Program-made: the position numbers and the translations under genes
NCBI GenBank assembly: GCA_965235115.1
Contig: OZ249436.1
Coordinates: forward strand, 12,030,001 to 12,094,000
DNA: 64,000 nucleotides
Origin: Laetmonice hystrix
Lineage: Eukaryota
Reading direction: 5' to 3'
Part shown: piece after piece, positions 59,701 through 64,000 of the stretch
Layout of the letters: every line of letters starts with the position of its first letter
How positions within the stretch are numbered: the stretch's first letter is position 1
The notes under the pieces: generated by a model
The model's input: the letters and a program-made list of their open reading frames with translations, nothing else
Database searches by the model: none
Told to the model about the DNA's origin: nothing

Positions 59701-62700
59701 TTGACGTATCAAAAATGAAACCATTTTTCGCTTATAATTACATTAACCTGTCTTTCGCCTAAGGGTCGCAGGTGCCTGCTAGCACGGCCAGGTATACGTG
59801 GTGATTCCACCGGTAGCCGGAAGGTGGCAGTGCAGTCGCAGCCGACGCTTCAGTACAGTACCCTGGTGTTTCCCTGCAACATCTCTGTAATCTTTTTTTA
59901 GTTGGGGATGGGATATCTGAAATAAGAAAGGCGTACAAGGTCATTTGCATTGTTAATTAAACATTTACGGCAAACAGCTATTTGGACTACCTGACAACGT
60001 TGTCGGGCGCTTACAGATGGTCTGTAGGGGACAGACATATTAGATGGGAGTAAATGATAGAGCAAACGTATGGCCTGCCTCCTGGACAATACAGGCATGG
60101 AAACATGAAACATGAAACATGAAGCGTCCTTATACTACTGGCTACTGTCGTATAGAAGCAAACAGTACAGTGAGGCCAAAGAGTACAGGGAGGGCAAAGA
60201 GTACTGTGAGGAATCCCTGCTAACCTAGTACCCAAGCGAACACTACAGTGAGGCCAAGCACTACAGTGAGGCTAAACAGCATACTATCGGGCCAAGCAGT
60301 GTGGGAGGCCAAACAATGCAGTGATACTCCCTACATCTTACGGCAACCCTAGTACCAAAGCAAAGAGTACAGTGAGGCAGTGGAAATGAAAGGTACAGAG
60401 GAGGAGCATCTACTGTTAAAATTTTGAGAAAATACTGAAATGTGAAGTATACATATCACAACCATTTCAGTATTTTCTCCAAAGCGAACGTACGAGACCT
60501 ATACGGTTGACCGTTATACATCTGGCCTAAGATTAATAATTTTTGGGCCGTAGTTTCAATTTGACGTATCAAAAATGTAGCCAATTTTCGCTTATAATTG
60601 CATTAACCTGTCTTTCGCCTAAGGGTCACATGTGCCTGCCAGCCCGGCCAGGTATACGTGGTGATTCCACCGGTAGCCGGAAGGTGGCAGTGCAGTCGCA
60701 GCCGACGCTTCAGTACAGTACCCTGGTGTTTCCCTGCAGCATCTCTGTAATCTTTTTTTAGTTGGGGATGGAATATCTGGTATAAGAAAGGCGTACAAGG
60801 TCATTTGCATTGTTAATTAAACCTTTACGGCAAACAGCTATTTAGACTACCTGACAACGTTGTCGGGCGCTAACAGATGGTCTGTAGTGACCAGACATTA
60901 GATGGGATTAAATCATAGACCAAACGTATGGCCTGCCTCCTGGACAATACAAGCATGGAAACATGAAACATGAAGCGTCCTTATACTACTGGCTACTGTC
61001 GTATAGAAGCAAACAGTACAGTGAGGCCAAAGAGTACATGGAGGGCAAAGAGTACTGTGAGGAATCCCTGCTAACCTAGTACCCAAGCGAACACTACAGT
61101 GAGGCCAAGCACTACAGTAAGGCTAAACAGCATACTGTCGGGCCAAGCAGTGTGGGAGGCCATACAGTACAGTGATACTCCCTACATCTTACGGCCACCC
61201 TAGTACCAAAGCAAACAGTACAGTGAGGCAGTGGAAATGAAAGGTACAGACGAGGAGCATCTAATGTTAAAATTTTGAGAAAATACTGAAATGTGAAGTA
61301 TACATATCACAACCATTTCAGTATTTTCTCCAAAGCGAACGTACGAGACCTATACGGTTGACCGTTATACATCTGACCTAAGAATAATAATTTTTGGGCC
61401 GTAGTTTCAATTTGACGTATCAAAAATGAAACCATTTTTCGCTTATAATTACATTAACCTGTCTTTCGCCTAAGGGTCGCAGGTGCCTGCTAGCACGGCC
61501 AGGTATACGTGGTGATTCCACCGGTAGCCGGAAGGTGGCAGTGCAGTCGCAGCCGACGCTTCAGTACAGTACCCTGGTGTTTCCCTGCAACATCTCTGTA
61601 ATCTTTTTTTAGTTGGGGATGGGATATCTGAAATAAGAAAGGCGTACAAGGTCATTTGCATTGTTAATTAAACATTTACGGCAAACAGCTATTTGGACTA
61701 CCTGACAACGTTGTCGGGCGCTTACAGATAGTCTATAGGGGACAGACATATTAGATGGGAGTAAATGATAGAGCAAACGTATGGCCTGCCTCCTGGACAA
61801 TACAGGCATGGAAACATGAAACATGAAGCGTCCTTATACTACTGGCTACTGTCGTATAGAAGCAAACAGTACAGTGAGGCCAAAGAGTACAGGGAGGGCA
61901 AAGAGTACTGTGAGGAATCCCTGCTAACCTAGTACCCAAGCGAACACTACAGTGAGGCCAAGCACTACAGTGAGGCTAAACAGCATACTATCGGGCCAAG
62001 CAGTGTGGGAGGCCAAACAATGCAGTGATACTCCCTACATCTTACGGCAACCCTAGTACCAAAGCAAAGAGTACAGTGAGGCAGTGGAAATGAAAGGTAC
62101 AGAGGAGGAGCATCTAATGTTAAAATTTTGAGAAAATACTGAAATGTGAAGTATACATATCACAACCATTTCAGTATTTTCTCCAAAGCGAACGTACGAG
62201 ACCTATACGGTTGACCGTTATACATCTGACCTAAGAATAATAATTTTTGGGCCGTAGTTTCAATTTGACGTATCAAAAATGAAACCACTTTTCGCTTATA
62301 ATTGCATTAACCTGTCTTTCGCCTAAGGGTCGCAGGTGCCTGCCAGCACGGCCAGGTATACGTGGTGACTCCACCGGTAGCCGGAAGGTGGCAGTGCAGT
62401 GGCAGCCGACGCTTCAGTACAGTACCCTGGTGTTTCCCTGCAACATCCCTGTAATCTTCTTTTAGTTGGGGATGGGATATCTGATATAAGAAAGGCGTAC
62501 AAGGTCATTTGCATTGTTAATTAAACCTTTACGGCAAACAGCTATTTGGACTACCTGACAACGTTGTCGGGCGCTTACAGTTGGTCTGTAGGGGACAGAC
62601 ATTTGATGGGAGTAAATGATAGAGCAAACGTATGGCCTGCCTCCTGGACAATACAGGCATGGAAACATGAAACATGAAGCGTCCTTATACTACTGGCTAC

Positions 62701-64000
62701 TGTCGTATAGAAGCAAACAGTACAGTGAGGCCAAAGAGTACAGGGAGGGCAAAGAGTACTGTGAGGAATCCCTGCTAACCTAGTACCCAAGCGAACACTA
62801 CAGTGAGGCCAAGCACTACAGTGAGGCTAAACAGCATACTGTCGGGCCAAGCAGTGTGAGAGGCCAAACAGTACAGTGATACTCCCTACATGTAACGGCA
62901 ACCCTAGTACCAAAGCAAACAGTACAGTGAGTCAGTGAAAATGAAAGGTACAGACGAGGAGCATCTAATGTTAAAATCTTTGAGAAAATACTGAAATGTG
63001 AAGTATACATATCACAACCATTTCAGTATTTTCTCCAAAGCGAACGTACGAGACCTATACGGTTGACCGTTATACATCTGACCTAAGAATAATAATTTTT
63101 GGGCCGTAGTTTCAATTTGACGTATCAAAAATGAAACCATTTTTCGCTTATAATTGCATTAACCTGTCTTTCGCCTAAGGGTCGTAGGTGCCTGCCAGCA
63201 CGGCCAGGTATACGTGGTGATTCCACCGGTAGCCGGAAGGTGGCAGTGCAGTCGCAGCCGACGCTTCAGTACAGTACCCTGGTGTTTCCCTGCAACATCT
63301 CTGTAATCTTTTTTTAGTTGGGGATGGGATATCTGAAATAAGAAAGGCGTACAAGGTCATTTGCATTGTTAATTAAACATTTACGGCAAACAGCTATTTG
63401 GACTACCTGACAACGTTGTCGGGCGCTTACAGATGGTCTGTAGGGGACAGACATATTAGATGGGAGTAAATGATAGAGCAAACGTATGGCCTGCCTCCTG
63501 GACAATACAGGCATGGAAACATGAAACATGAAGCGTCCTTATACTACTGGCTACTGTCGTATAGAAGCAAACAGTACAGTGAGGCCAAAGAGTACAGGGA
63601 GGGCAAAGAGTACTGTGAGGAATCCCTGCTAACCTAGTACCCAAGCGAACACTACAGTGAGGCCAAGCACTACAGTGAGGCTAAACAGCATACTATCGGG
63701 CCAAGCAGTGTGGGAGGCCAAACAATGCAGTGATACTCCCTACATCTTACGGCAACCCTAGTACCAAAGCAAAGAGTACAGTGAGGCAGTGGAAATGAAA
63801 GGTACAGAGGAGGAGCATCTAATGTTAAAATTTTGAGAAAATACTGAAATGTGAAGTATACATATCACAACCATTTCAGTATTTTCTCCAAAGCGAACGT
63901 ACGAGACCTATACGGTTGACCGTTATACATCTGACCTAACAATAATAATTTTTGGGCCGTAGTTTCAATTTGACGTATCAAAAATGAAACCACTTTTCGC
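32782..64000 (+). repeat. Homogeneous about 853-bp tandem macrosatellite (about 36.5 monomers, runs off the window) with higher-order repeats
   Basis: Near-identical ORF-track entries recur every 851-855 bp; the monomer contains about 18-bp subrepeats (aaacagtacagtgaggcc). Confidence 0.98.

Noticed and set aside
32927..63644. Many recurrent 60-86 aa ORFs in the satellite
   Set aside because: They are short, overlap in several frames, are freely broken by indels between monomers and have no recognisable domain. They are by-products of the repeat.

Overview
This is eukaryotic (invertebrate animal-like) genomic DNA. (1) 1-8142 is an unusually long stretch (>8 kb) upstream of the first identified exon, probably an intron. 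It holds MITE/SINE insertions, G/C homopolymers and decayed, unidentifiable coding-like DNA. (2) 8143-24862 is the 3' half of a WDFY3/ALFY (Blue cheese-like) autophagy gene on the + strand: 30 GT-AG exons whose phases join into one open frame of about 1660 aa with PH-BEACH, WD40, LIR and FYVE domains. The gene also has duplicated splice sites and candidate micro-exons. (3) About 24863-29200 is a probable long 3' UTR with two strong CTCF-like motifs, followed by a tRNA-derived SINE head. (4) 30350-30700 is an inverted, diverged partial monomer. From about 30912 to the window end there is a roughly 853-bp tandem macrosatellite of about 39 monomers. It has diverged edge monomers, a sharp junction to homogeneous monomers, dimer/7-mer/14-mer (11,937 bp) higher-order structure, a hairpin found only in the amplified variant, and one conserved CTCF-like motif per monomer. 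All calls were made by eye; no database searches were run.
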